Of a stretch of DNA of 64,000 bases, positions 53,121 to 64,000 are shown in pieces (the stretch's first letter is position 1; each line of letters starts with the position of its first letter). The translations under genes and the position numbers were made by a program. The notes below the pieces were generated by a model that ran no database searches, had not been told where the DNA came from, and saw only the letters and a list, made by a program, of their open reading frames with translations. The DNA comes from Eledone cirrhosa (lineage: Eukaryota). Where the stretch lies: NCBI GenBank assembly GCA_964016885.1, contig OZ024752.1, positions 16,120,001 through 16,184,000 on the forward strand, written 5' to 3'.

Positions 53121-56100
53121 AGCAAAAAATACTGAATTAGCGTGCAGTAGTAAGACATTCTAGTATAAATGAAAGAGCACCACTTCAAAAACTCCCAAAT
53201 ACAATCCAAAATAGAAAACAAATAATTGTTTCTACTTTAGGCACAAGGCCAGCAATTACCCAGTGCATTACTGGTACTTTATTTTATCGACCCCGTAAGG
53301 ATGAAAGGCAAAGTCAACCTCGGCGGGATTTGAACTCAGATCGTAAAGGGACGTAACTATGCTGGAAAGCATGGCGTCCGACTTTCTACCGATACTGCCA
53401 ATCCACCTTTCTTAGAAAACAAATAATGATTCGTAATTCTGTGACAAAAGAAATCAGAGAAGAACTAGAACCTTATCTTACTGAGTTGAATGAAATCATT
53501 TATGCATCTGCTATAGTAATTGAAACAAGTTGTTTGCCACAAAAAAAAAAACGAAAAAAGTCGCACCTTCGAGTTAAACCAATTTGGAGGAGTAGAACCG
53601 AAAAGGAGATTGACGTAATGAGAAGAGAAATATCTTTATTGAGTGAGTTAACCACTAGAAATGATATAAGATCCAAGAAGGTAAGAAAACTAAAGAGAAA
53701 ATATGGACTGTCTTCTAGAGAAGCAATAGTTTCACTAAAAGAATCTCTAAAACAAAAAGTCCAAGTAAAAGCCCAACGAATTCGTAGATTCGAGAAGCGA
53801 AACAACTTCTACAGGCAAAATAAGTTGTTCTCATCCAATGCCAAGTCATTTTATAGAGAAGTAGGGAAGAAAAAAATAATTATAGAAGAGGTTGAAAACT
53901 TCTGGAGTAAGATTTGGAGTGGTGAGAAGACATATAATGCTAATGTTGATTGGATTAGTCGCCTGGAAAAATCCTACACAAATTTAGAAAAACAGGCGTG
54001 GGAAGACATCTCTATAGCGGACTTAAGGACAGCACTCAATAAATCTCATAAATGGAAATCTCCTGGTAGAAACTGGGTGCAAAATTTCTTGCTTTCCTCA
54101 CTCCCGTGCACTCACAATATATTGGTGAAGTTGTTTAATGGAATTATGAAAGATCCAAAAAATATTCCTGATTTGATAGCAAGTGGCATTACCTACCATC
54201 TACCAAAGAACAACGAAACCAAAGATCAAAATAACTATCGGCCCATAACCTGCTTGTCCACCACTTATAAACTATTAACCTATATTCTCATGGAAAAAGC
54301 ATACGTGTTTTTGGAGGAGAACAATCTTTTCCCCATTGAACAAAAAGGGTGCCGACGAGGTTCATATGGTTGCAAAGATCAACTTTTGATTAATCGTATG
54401 ATCCTTGAGAACTGTCATAATAAACACAGAAATCTCAGTTCTGTATGGATCGATTATAAAAATGCCTTTGACAGCATACCACACTCATGGATTCTGAAAT
54501 CACTGGACATCTTCAAAATCTCACCTGTGATCTCAAACTTCATGAAACACAATATGTCATTATGGAAAACAAATCTCCAATTGTCTCATTCCACTGGGGT
54601 ACTGTGCTCTAGGAATATAATCATCAACTGTGGTATATTCCAGGGTGACTCACTTTCACCCTTGCTTTTTTGCATAGCTTTAATACCCCTTACATCCGAA
54701 CATAATAGAACAGGGTACGGTTATAGAATTGACAAAAAAAAAAATAAGCCACCTATTTTATATGGATGATTTAAAGCTATATTGCAAAGATAATGACGAA
54801 CTGGAAGGCCTTTTGCGGATAGTAAAAACGTTTAGCGATGACATCAGGAGGGAGTTTGGACTTGACAAGTGTGCAAAAGCCACTTTCAAGAAAGGGAAGC
54901 TTGTCAACTCAGACTCAGTTCAATTGGATGCTGAAACAATCATAAAGGAACTTGAGCAGGAACAAACCTACTTAGGTTAATGAGGGGGGGGGGCTCTGGC
55001 ATACAGCATGCAAGTATGAAAGAGAGGATAAGGAAAGAATGTTACAAGAGAGTACGTGCAGTTCTGAGATCAGAACTAAACGCTCGTAAAAGGTGCTAGC
55101 CATAAATTTCTTGGCAGTCCCAGCTGTCACTTATAGCTTCGGTGTGTTGAACTGGAATATGAGTGAAATCAAAAGAATCGATACCAAAGTCCGTAAGCTA
55201 CTGACCTGTAATAGGATGCACCACCCAAAAGCAGATGTGGATCGTCTTTACCTTCCTAGAACTCAAGGAGGCCGTGGCCTGATCCAATTTGAACTTGCTT
55301 ACAAAACCACCATCATTGGACTGGCCAAATACCTTGAAACAACTAACGACTATATGTGGAAACTTGTTGATAAGCATCAGAGAAGTAAGAAGCTTCATTC
55401 TATCTCGAAGGAGAGCAAAACATATGCTACTGATCTCATGCTTGATACCCAGGCTGGACAGACTAAAGAAACTGTTGCAACTGATGCCGCTAGGCACATA
55501 AAATCACTGGCAAAAGCAAAAGGGCAAGGACAATTAGCATCTAATTGGGAGCAGAAACCGCTGTATGGCAAATACGTGGCCCGTTGACCAAAAGCACACC
55601 CATCAGTGGCTACGTAGTTCAGGGTTAAAGGAGGAGAGTAAAAGCTTCATCTTAGCTGCCCAAGATCAAAGCTTATTGACTCGTAATTACCAGGACAATG
55701 TGATGAGAAACGGAATAAACCCAAAGTGCCGATTCTGCAAAGCTGAGGTTGAAACAGTGGATCACTTAGAGTCTGGATGTAAAGTTTTAGCACCAGTAGA
55801 ATACAAATATAGACATGACAGAGTTGGCCAATATCTACACTGGCTAATATGTCGGCATTACAAAATCAAAGCTGAAGACAAGTGGTACAATCATCATCCT
55901 GAGGCTGTAACTGAAGGGCAAAAAGTAACAATTCTCTGGGACTTTTCTGTACATACTAACAGGACCATAAAAGTAATTAGACCTGACATCATTGTAAAAG
56001 ATCAACATAACAAGGTATGTTTGTTGATAGATATGAGCATCCCATGTGATCACAATATCGCAGCAAAAGAATTTCACAAGCTACGAAAATATAAAGATCT

Positions 56101-56489
56101 GAGAAAATGTGGCACCTCAAGGCCGTTTACAATACCAGTGATTGTTGGAGTACTGGGTATGATCAAGAAAGGAACATAACACTATTTGCGAATGATTCCT
56201 GGTTTTCCCTCTCTGTACGAAGTGCAAAAAATTGTTTTGACTGGTACTGCACACGTATTGAGAAGAGCACTATCTCTGTAAGATTGATATCCCTCATTGT
56301 ATTTACATATGCATATGTACATGTGTATATATGTATACTGTTTTTTTTTATTATAATCAATGTGCTGTATTAACTAGATTACCAAAGCACACTGTGAATT
56401 TATTTGCCCAAGGTGTCACAAGACATTCGGCATATATCTCAGATTCAATAATGAAAGAAAATTAAAATAATAATAATAATAATAATAAT
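53121..56489 (+). mobile_element. Dong/R4-type RLE LINE, subfamily 2, frameshifted and interrupted by a SINE
   Basis: WKSPG, YRPITCLST, EQKGC, FQGDSLSP, YMDDLKL, CRFC..H..C, RHD, RPDIIV..IDMSIP..KY. (AAT)n tail at 56467-56489. Confidence 0.92.
53224..53412 (-). mobile_element. SINE family A with 15-bp TSD
   Basis: tagaaaacaaataat at 53212-53226 and 53413-53427. Confidence 0.9.
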
Positions 56490-57725
56490 GTTTTCTTTAG
56501 TGGCCACAAGGGCTGACACGAAGAAAAAACATTAGATACGGCACAGAACAGTACAGGACGATACAAAGTGGATTCTGGTCGTGTAAACAGGTTATAACAT
56601 AATTGGGCTAGAAATCCAAAAAAAATTCAAACAACAAAAATCGCGGCCAGCCAAGGTATGGGCACGTACGGCGGGACCTGGGTCACTTTGACCCTCACAA
56701 TTTTCTGCCCGCAGTAGGAGGGCACCAAGATTATCTCCTCACTCTTTAGGGTTTCCAAAGAGTGAGACCTCGCCTCTTGGGGGGTGGCGAAAAGTACGTC
56801 TACTGTGGCGTACTTTTTGCCTCGGGTGATGTGGGTTTTGCGCGCCCAGACGCACCCCCAAAGCCTTTTGGATTTGAGCCTCCGTGGCTCTCTCCACCCG
56901 ATGTGACATTTTGCTTACGGTGCGGTAAGTCACCGTGCGCAGCTGTTGGTCTTTGAAAAAATCAGGTGGAGGTTTCAGGGAAACTCTATTGTCATTTCTT
57001 GTCACGATGGTCTTGCGACTGCCATCTCCTCCTCCGTGACTAGCACTGTTTCTATATTTCGGGCCACACCTGCGAAAGAAGTGGTCCCTTTTTCAGCGGC
57101 ACCATTATTGCTGCTGGTCTTGTTGTTGGTGCTGTAGCTGTTGCTACTGCTACAAACGGTGTTGTTGCTGTTATCACTGTTGTAGTTGGTTGTGTTTTTG
57201 GGGCCACCGTTGTTGTTGTTTTCGGTGCAATTTGTATTGTTGATGTTGGTGTTGTCGTTGTTTATTTTCTTGTTAGTGGTGTTTATATCGTTGTTGCATT
57301 TGTTGTCATTTTTTTCTGTTGTCTGTATTTTGGTTGACGCTGTTATTGTTGTAGTTGGTGTGGTAATTTTTTCAAAATTAGTGTTCTCAGTGTTGCTGTC
57401 TTTGTTCACGTTGTTTGTGGTGGTGTCTGTTGTAACAATTTTTGTAACCCTCCTCTCAACTTTTACGCCGTTGTCAGACGACAGCAGACATATTGCTGGG
57501 GTCGTGGCTCAGCCATGTTTTTTTGTTTTTTTTTAAACAGTTTTTTTTTAAAGTAAAATGTTCAAATATTTGGGCCAAAAGGCCCAAATATTATACTTTC
57601 TCCTTCACAGGGCAAAGTCTAAGGGCTTATATCCCTTACACACCAAGAAATATTTAACAACAAATAATTTTAACAGGCAAATAAAGCGACTTACTGGGAG
57701 CGAGCAAAAAGCGTCCGAAAGACCG
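56490..57725 (-). mobile_element. Internally deleted Tx1 of a second subfamily
   Basis: 5'UTR and ORF1 N-terminus (SFAGVARNIETVLVTEEE, RVERATEAQIQKALG) joined near 56640 to a 3'UTR ending cccttgtggccactaaagaaaac(ATT)n. Confidence 0.85.
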
Positions 57726-57737
57726 ATAATAAAAAAA

Positions 57738-57929
57738 ATAATTGTTTCTACTTTTGGCACAAGGCCAGCAATAACCCAGTACATTACTGGTACTTTATTT
57801 TATCGACCCCGTAAGGATGAAAGGCAAAGTTAACTTCGGCGGGATTTGAACTCAGATCATAAAGGGCAGTAACTCTATGCTGCAAAGAATGGCGTCCGAC
57901 CCTGTACCGATACTGCCAATCAACCGCCC
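57738..57929 (-). mobile_element. SINE family A
   Basis: Reverse-complement full copy. Confidence 0.85.
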
Positions 57930-57950
57930 TCATAATACTACTACTACTAC

Positions 57951-57983
<33 letters not shown>

Positions 57984-58231
57984 TTTCTTTATTAACCACA
58001 AGGGTTTACATAAAGTATACATTAAGGACAGTGCAGGACAATGCAGGACGGTACAAATGGGCATTTCTGCGTGTAAAAAACAAAAACAGAGGATGTAACA
58101 AAAAATAACAATGAAAAATTCCCCAATAGGGGGCAGACTTCGGAGGGACATTTGTGGAGAAAGCCCAGTAAAAAGCCACAATGACCCTGACCACCAAGGC
58201 AAGTGCCCTCTCCCAGTTTTCCACCTTTAAT

Positions 58232-61200
58232 TTACAGATATATACTCAGAGTAGGCCCATTCACTCGGGCCATTCTTGCTTCTCTCACCCATCTTTCAAC
58301 AAAATGCTGGGAAGAGAGCACTTCCCTCTCTACTCTGATTTTCCTTTTCAAATGAAATTTGAAAAAGTCAATCAGAGCATCACCGAAGAGGTAAGTGCTC
58401 ATCTTCAGCCCTTTCAAACGTGTCCACCATACTATCTCTTTCACCATGGCCACCAGGCAGATAAAAACTGCCTGCCCTTCCCGGCTAAAGGAGGAGGGCG
58501 GGGCAATCCTCACGATGGACTCAGATGATAGCCGGATCCGTCCTAAACGCGACAGCAGGTGTTCGACATAAACCCACAAGTCAGCAATTTTCGGACACTG
58601 GACGAGTGCGTGCAGGACGGTTTCGTCGCCCTGCGCGCATCTCGGACATGCCCGGCTGACGGCACCTCCATGCCTGTAGAGTTTATCCCGAACTGGCAAG
58701 GCTCCTCGGTAGCACTGCCAGGCCAGAGATTTCTGGAAGTTGTCCATAGGCCCTGGCCCGAAAGTTCTTCCGAAGAGATTGTCTAGTTGATTTTCGTCGA
58801 CGCCTAGAGTTTCCCCAAGTACGTCGTCGCTCTTCCCCTCCACTAATCCTCTATAGAACGCCGAGGTGGAGTTTCCACCGATCACATTGCCCGATTGGTC
58901 GAGGGCTGTGAGCGCCTGAAGACATTCCAGTCTCCAGGCGCTCCCTCTCGGTCTTCGCTTGACCCAGGACTGCAGCTCCGTCAAGGAAACGAGCTGGGGA
59001 AAAACGCGTCTAGCAAACGGCGACCACACCTGATCACCGTCGAGGAAGAGGTGGAGATGTCGTAGCCTGAGCGCGTGCCTGCGCATCATCAGCCACGGCA
59101 TGCCCAGCCCTCCACGTAGCGGGTGTTGACAACAGATGGACCGCCTGACCATCGGAGCGCGTCCCTTCCACAAAAAGCGAAAGAGCAAACGCTCCAGCGC
59201 AGTCAGGCGAGGCTTAGGACAAGGTACGACGGTCAGGCGGTAGCAGATGACAGACGCAATGTACGCGTTCGCCACCTGCGCTCGACCTTTCAGGGATAGC
59301 TTCCTCTCCGCCCATTTCTGGGTGAGAGAAGCCACCCTGCTCGTCACCTCGTCCCAGTTTTTGTCCGTCTGGAGGTCCGGACCGAACCAGACCCCTAGCA
59401 ATTTAACCGGTCCGTCCGTCCAGCGTCCGACGACGCTGTTGGACGGCATGGACCTGCCTCTCCAGGTGCCGAGCTGCAGCCCCACTGACTTTTCCTGGTT
59501 GATCATTGCTCCTGTCACCGCTTCGTATTCTCTTAGTGTAGTGCCGATCGCCTCGATGTGTTTGGCGTTCGACACCACTACGGTGACATCGTCCGCATAT
59601 GCTGACACGGATCTTCCGCATCCTAGTTCGCGCGGGACGCCCCTCAACGTCTCCAGTTTGTGCAGTAATGGCTCGAGAGTCAATACGTACAAGAGGGACG
59701 AGAGGGGACATCCTTGGCGGACCGAGCGCATGATGTTGAACGGTTCCGACAGGTGACCGTTCACTCTCACCACAGAGCAGATGTCGCTGTGCATGGCAGC
59801 GATCCAGCCTCTGAAGACGGGCCCAAAGCCAGCCGCCCTCAGGACTGCCGCTAGGTAACGATGGTCGACCCTATCGAAAGCTTTCGACTGATCTAAATTG
59901 ATCAAGGACCCACCCGTGCCAGGTTCCCTAGCTACCCTCTCTACGAGGTATCGCATGAGGTGGAGGTTGTCGTGGATGGATCTGTCGGGAATGGCGCATG
60001 TCTGCGCCTCTCCCACCAGACCACCAACGACAAGCGCCAACCTCTTTGCTAGCACCTTGGCCAAAATCTTGAACTCTGGGTTTAGCAGAGTTATGGGCCG
60101 GAAATTATCTATGTTATCCCCCTTGTTCGGATCCTTTCTCAGCAGTGCCACCGCTCCTCGGCTCACAGAACTGGGAATTCTCCCGTTCTGTTGCCAGTTG
60201 CAGTAGACGTCCGTCAAGAGGCCTCCGAACAAGTCTGGCATCTGTACGTAAAGTTCATAGGGCAGACCATCCAAACCAGGCGATTTACCCCTTGTGCAGC
60301 CAGTCATTGCCTCCCTTACTTCAGCGGCTGTTATCGGCTTTTCGCAACACTTCGCCTCAGTGGCCGAGAGCCGCGGCAGTCCGTCGAGGTAGACACTAAA
60401 GTCCATCCCCCTACCCGGCCCACCGCTGCCCCCGAACAGCTGAGCGAAGTGTCGCTGAAAAGCTTCACACATTTGCCCGGGATCGAGTAGCATGCGCCCG
60501 TCGTGGTCCACCAAAGACCGGATCGTGGCTTTGTTGCCACGACGCGCCTCCGCCACTCGGGCCCATTGAACGGCTTTCGTCCCCTCGTGTCTGAGAGCAC
60601 GCACCCTTGCTCTGACAACGCAGCCTTCGTGCTTTGCATTGAAGAATTGGTAAACGGCCAATTTCGCCGCAAGCACGTCGGTCGCAATGCCTTTGCTAAG
60701 CGCCTCGTCTAATTTTCTAACTAGTTCTCCCTCTGCTCTATTTTTCTCTATTGCTAAAGCCTTACTAAACCTAATCGATTCTATTCTAATCGCTCTTTTC
60801 AGAGCAAACCACCACTTGTTGTTGACTATGGCCCCCGTCAACGCCCACTTAACTAGTTCGCTAATCCGGTCTCTGTAGGCCTTGCGCGCTGGTAAGGACG
60901 CGTATAGCTTCCAGTAGCCGGGTCCTCGTCTATGAAGCCTATCTAAGTCAAGCACACAGATCACGAATTTGTGGTCCGTGTAGCTGACTATCTTGAATTT
61001 TGGACAGCCTATGCTAGACCTATCTATTTCCCTACAAAATACTCTATCTAGATATGATCTGGATGACCCTATGCGGTTTGTCCAAGTCCACATTGGCACA
61101 ATCGGGAAATCCAATCGGTACCTGTCAGACAGTTCAAAACGCCTGAGCAGGTTGGTGAGGCTCTTGCACCCTCCACCCCTATCCGCTAATCCCACACAGT

Positions 61201-61651
61201 CCCAGCGTACATCTAAGATCCCGTTCCAGTCGCCCACTAACACTAAAGAGCGGGACGTTCCAAGAAAGGTCTCCAGACGCCGGAAGAAATCAGACTGCCC
61301 TGCTCCTGTCGGGGCATAGACGGCCACTAGCCTGAAAGCTTGCCCGTCTCCGCTGGTCATGTCCAGCACCACCAACTTACCCTCTGGGTCCAGGAAGATG
61401 GCCCGTATGGCGAGATCCAAACCTCTCCGAAAAAGCACAGCAACTCCTCCCCCCGATCCAGGACGGCTGGGAGATGCGTACACATCGTAGCTGCCGAAGA
61501 TCGGTGCGAAGGCCCGTGCTTCGGAGATTCTGGTCTCGCTGATGGCCACTACATCTATGTTTAGTGACCTGAGGTCGTTGAGCAGGTGACCCTGCTTCCA
61601 TGACGACCCCAAGCCACGCGCATTTATGCTGCCTATTCTGAGTGAGGTCAT
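58232..61651 (-). CDS. Tx1 ORF2 polyprotein: APE endonuclease + reverse transcriptase + C-terminal CCHC, intact 1139 aa
   Basis: SINARGL, SETR, VYAP, GDWN, LDR, TDH (APE); PGLDG, FRPITLLN, KAFDRV, QGCPLS, YADD (RT); CPRC..HALVQC. Confidence 0.95.
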   Translation of the reverse strand: MTSLRIGSINARGLGSSWKQGHLLNDLRSLNIDVVAISETRISEARAFAPIFGSYDVYASPSRPGSGGGVAVLFRRGLDLAIRAIFLDPEGKLVVLDMTSGDGQAFRLVAVYAPTGAGQSDFFRRLETFLGTSRSLVLVGDWNGILDVRWDCVGLADRGGGCKSLTNLLRRFELSDRYRLDFPIVPMWTWTNRIGSSRSYLDRVFCREIDRSSIGCPKFKIVSYTDHKFVICVLDLDRLHRRGPGYWKLYASLPARKAYRDRISELVKWALTGAIVNNKWWFALKRAIRIESIRFSKALAIEKNRAEGELVRKLDEALSKGIATDVLAAKLAVYQFFNAKHEGCVVRARVRALRHEGTKAVQWARVAEARRGNKATIRSLVDHDGRMLLDPGQMCEAFQRHFAQLFGGSGGPGRGMDFSVYLDGLPRLSATEAKCCEKPITAAEVREAMTGCTRGKSPGLDGLPYELYVQMPDLFGGLLTDVYCNWQQNGRIPSSVSRGAVALLRKDPNKGDNIDNFRPITLLNPEFKILAKVLAKRLALVVGGLVGEAQTCAIPDRSIHDNLHLMRYLVERVAREPGTGGSLINLDQSKAFDRVDHRYLAAVLRAAGFGPVFRGWIAAMHSDICSVVRVNGHLSEPFNIMRSVRQGCPLSSLLYVLTLEPLLHKLETLRGVPRELGCGRSVSAYADDVTVVVSNAKHIEAIGTTLREYEAVTGAMINQEKSVGLQLGTWRGRSMPSNSVVGRWTDGPVKLLGVWFGPDLQTDKNWDEVTSRVASLTQKWAERKLSLKGRAQVANAYIASVICYRLTVVPCPKPRLTALERLLFRFLWKGRAPMVRRSICCQHPLRGGLGMPWLMMRRHALRLRHLHLFLDGDQVWSPFARRVFPQLVSLTELQSWVKRRPRGSAWRLECLQALTALDQSGNVIGGNSTSAFYRGLVEGKSDDVLGETLGVDENQLDNLFGRTFGPGPMDNFQKSLAWQCYRGALPVRDKLYRHGGAVSRACPRCAQGDETVLHALVQCPKIADLWVYVEHLLSRLGRIRLSSESIVRIAPPSSFSREGQAVFICLVAMVKEIVWWTRLKGLKMSTYLFGDALIDFFKFHLKRKIRVEREVLSSQHFVERWVREARMARVNGPTLSIYL

Positions 61652-61686
61652 GTTTAAAATAGAGTGGAAAAGATGGGAAAGACCAC

Positions 61687-63786
61687 TTACCTTACTTTTC
61701 GTAGAGGAGGGATGGTTTTTCCATCCCTTTTCACTTGATCGTCTGGTGAAGGGACCGTTGAATCGTCCCTTCGGCTGGTCGTCGGCTCTTCTATGAGTAT
61801 GTCCGAATATACTCTTCGGTTGACAGTTCCTCCTAGGTCTCTGAAAGCACCAACTGCGTTGGGGAATTTCGTTTTAATGTTTGTGTATTGTTTCTGTGCT
61901 ATTTTTAGTAGTCTTATGTTAGTTGGCGTTTTGATTGGTGCTGGTATTATGTAGTCGTGTTGTGAAATGTCAGTGTGTTCAATTATGTAAGTCATTAGTT
62001 TCTTGTTGTGTGTATTTATTGCCGTGCATTTGTTTTTCTGGGGGTGGGGTGTGGTTCTGCTATTTTCTTGTCGTTGTTGCTGGGTGTGTGTGTTTTGTTG
62101 TTGTGTTTGCGATGTTGGTGCTTGTGGTGGTGGTGTTGAAGGTGTTGTTGGCGGTGGGGTTGTCGCCGGTGGTGATGGTGGTGCTAGTGTGGGTGGTGAT
62201 GGTGTTGGTGGTGTTGCTGCTGTGAGTCTCTTTGCAGTAGACTTTACCCTTTTTTCATTTCTTTCCTCCCTTTTCAAAGGCGACGATGCGCTGCTTCTGC
62301 GTTTGTGCCTTCTTACGACCTTTTGCCATCCCTCTCCCACCTCACACTCCATTCTGATTCTGTGAGGTCGGGGAGGGGTACCAGTTCCACTCTTTCACTT
62401 GTTGTTGTTGGTGATGTTTGCACTGGAGTCTCTGTTGCAGCTGCATTTGGTATTGCTGTTGTTGTTGTTAATACTTCCACTGCTGCTGCTGTTTTTGATT
62501 TCCGTGGCGTGGGTATGAGTGCCACGGCCCTATCGTTCCTGGTTGCCGCTTGTCCTGTTGCTGGTAGCCGTGGACCGGTTTCGGAAGGAGGGGGGTTTTC
62601 TCCTTTCTCAGGGTCTTCTCGTTGCAGAAGGCCCTGAGGTGAGTCTTCGATCCACAGCGAAAGCATTTCGGGCGTTTGCCCTCAACACTTATGGGCAGTT
62701 GAGTGCCGTTATCGAAGTCTATCACATCCGGGATAGCTTCGATGCACTCCTGGTTGGTTTGGATTAACATCTCAATGGAGGTGCCAACCCAATCTTCTCT
62801 TACTTGTTTCTGTACTTGCAGTACAGTTGTTTTGTCCTCGATTCCGACGAGGACAGACGCCGCCAGCCAAGAAGGGGCCAACCCGGGGGGGACGTGGGTC
62901 AGTTTGACCCTCACAATTTTTTGCCCGCAGTAGGAGGGCACCAACACCATTTCCTAGCTCCTTAGGGTCACTACGGATTGAGCCTTTGCCTCCTGGGGTG
63001 TGGCAAAAAGTACGTCTATGGTGGCATATTTCTTGCCTCGGGTGATGTGCTTTTTCCGCTGCCACACAGACCCCAAGGCTTTTTGTATTTGAGCCTCTGT
63101 GGCTCTTTCAACCCTACGGGATTTTGTACTTACTGTACGGTACGTGACCGTACAGTGCTGTTGGGTTTCGAAAAATTTTTCCGCTGCCTTGCAGATTGCT
63201 CGGTGTCCTGTTTTTGTCACCATCGTCTTCGCTTCCTCTAATTCCTCATTTGTTATGAGGATTGTTTCCAGGTTCTTCGCGATACCTGCAAACGAGATTG
63301 CTTTTTCTTTGCTGCTGTTGTTGTTGTTGTTGTCGTCAGAGCTGCTGTTACTTTTGTTGTTGCTGCAGGTACTACGACTACTGCCGCCGCCGCTGTTGCT
63401 GTGGTTGTTGTTGTTGTTGCTGCTGCTAATGCTGTTGTTGTTTATGCTGCTGCTGATGCTGTTGCGGCTGCTACTGTTGTTTTCATTGTCACTGTTGCTG
63501 TTGTTATTACGGCTGCTACTGCTATTATTCCTGACGTCAGACGAATGAAATGGGTTTTCGTATTTCCCGCACACCTGTTTCGTCTTTGTCGTCGTCGTCG
63601 TGGAGAAATCTTGCACGCTTTGCACGAGACTTTTCTTTTCTGTCGCCGCTTGCGAAAGAGAAGGGGGGGAGACACGTTTAAAGAAGGGAGGGAGAGAGAC
63701 AATCTTCTCTCTGCTGTAGTGACGATTGAGGAAGAAGAAGACGGAATGAGTGGGAGTGACCTATGAAAATTCTTTTTCGTAGCCAT
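61687..63786 (-). pseudogene. Tx1 ORF1 copy B, several frameshifts
   Basis: Pieces 63442-63786, 62954-63625, 62468-62950, 62313-62666 and 61687-62352 align to ORF1 of copy A. Confidence 0.85.
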
Positions 63787-64000
63787 GTTGTTTTTTGTTT
63801 AAAATAAATATTGGGCACAAAACCCCAATAAGCAGCTATTTAACCCCGAAGGGCCAAATAACGGGCAGAAAGACCCCTCTCACGAGGAGGAGGGTGTTTT
63901 TGTCTACGAGTTGGTTAAAGTTTTAAACAATTTACAATTGTTATAGCGTTCAAAATTTACAATACCTTACAGAGCCGAGCCTCCGTCAACCATAGCATTC

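Larger units (their letters stand above)
57955..64000 (-). mobile_element. Full-length Tx1/L1-clade LINE, copy B
   Basis: Near-identical to copy A. 5' end GAATGCTATGG coincides with the window end. (TTA)n tail. Confidence 0.95.

Noticed and set aside
44340-64000. SINE+Tx1 block as a segmental duplication
   Set aside because: The two adjacent SINEs (44340, 57738) are visibly far more diverged than the two Tx1 copies, so independent insertions fit better.

Overview
AT-rich, (TA)n-saturated animal non-coding DNA. The SINE and microsatellite landscape looks like a coleoid cephalopod (Octopus-like); this is inference only. No host protein-coding gene is recognisable. 1-44 kb holds tRNA-derived SINEs, RTE, CR1-like and CRE-like LINE fragments, Helitrons, hAT MITEs and two Penelope-like elements (PLEs). 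It also holds about eight fold-back (inverted-repeat) insertions at (TA)n tracts, most with a type I hammerhead ribozyme (HHR) motif on each strand, plus several solo HHRs. 44.3-64 kb is a nest built at (AAT)n microsatellites: two full-length Tx1/L1-type LINEs (one with an intact 1139-aa ORF2), two partial Tx1 copies and three SINEs on the minus strand, alternating with two Dong/R4-type LINEs on the plus strand. Main novel-looking signals: (i) ambisense-HHR hairpin elements; (ii) two LINE clades using opposite strands of one microsatellite; (iii) a candidate 53-nt GT-AG intron that would fuse Tx1 ORF1 and ORF2 in frame; (iv) a 3' end shared between the dominant SINE and the Tx1 elements.
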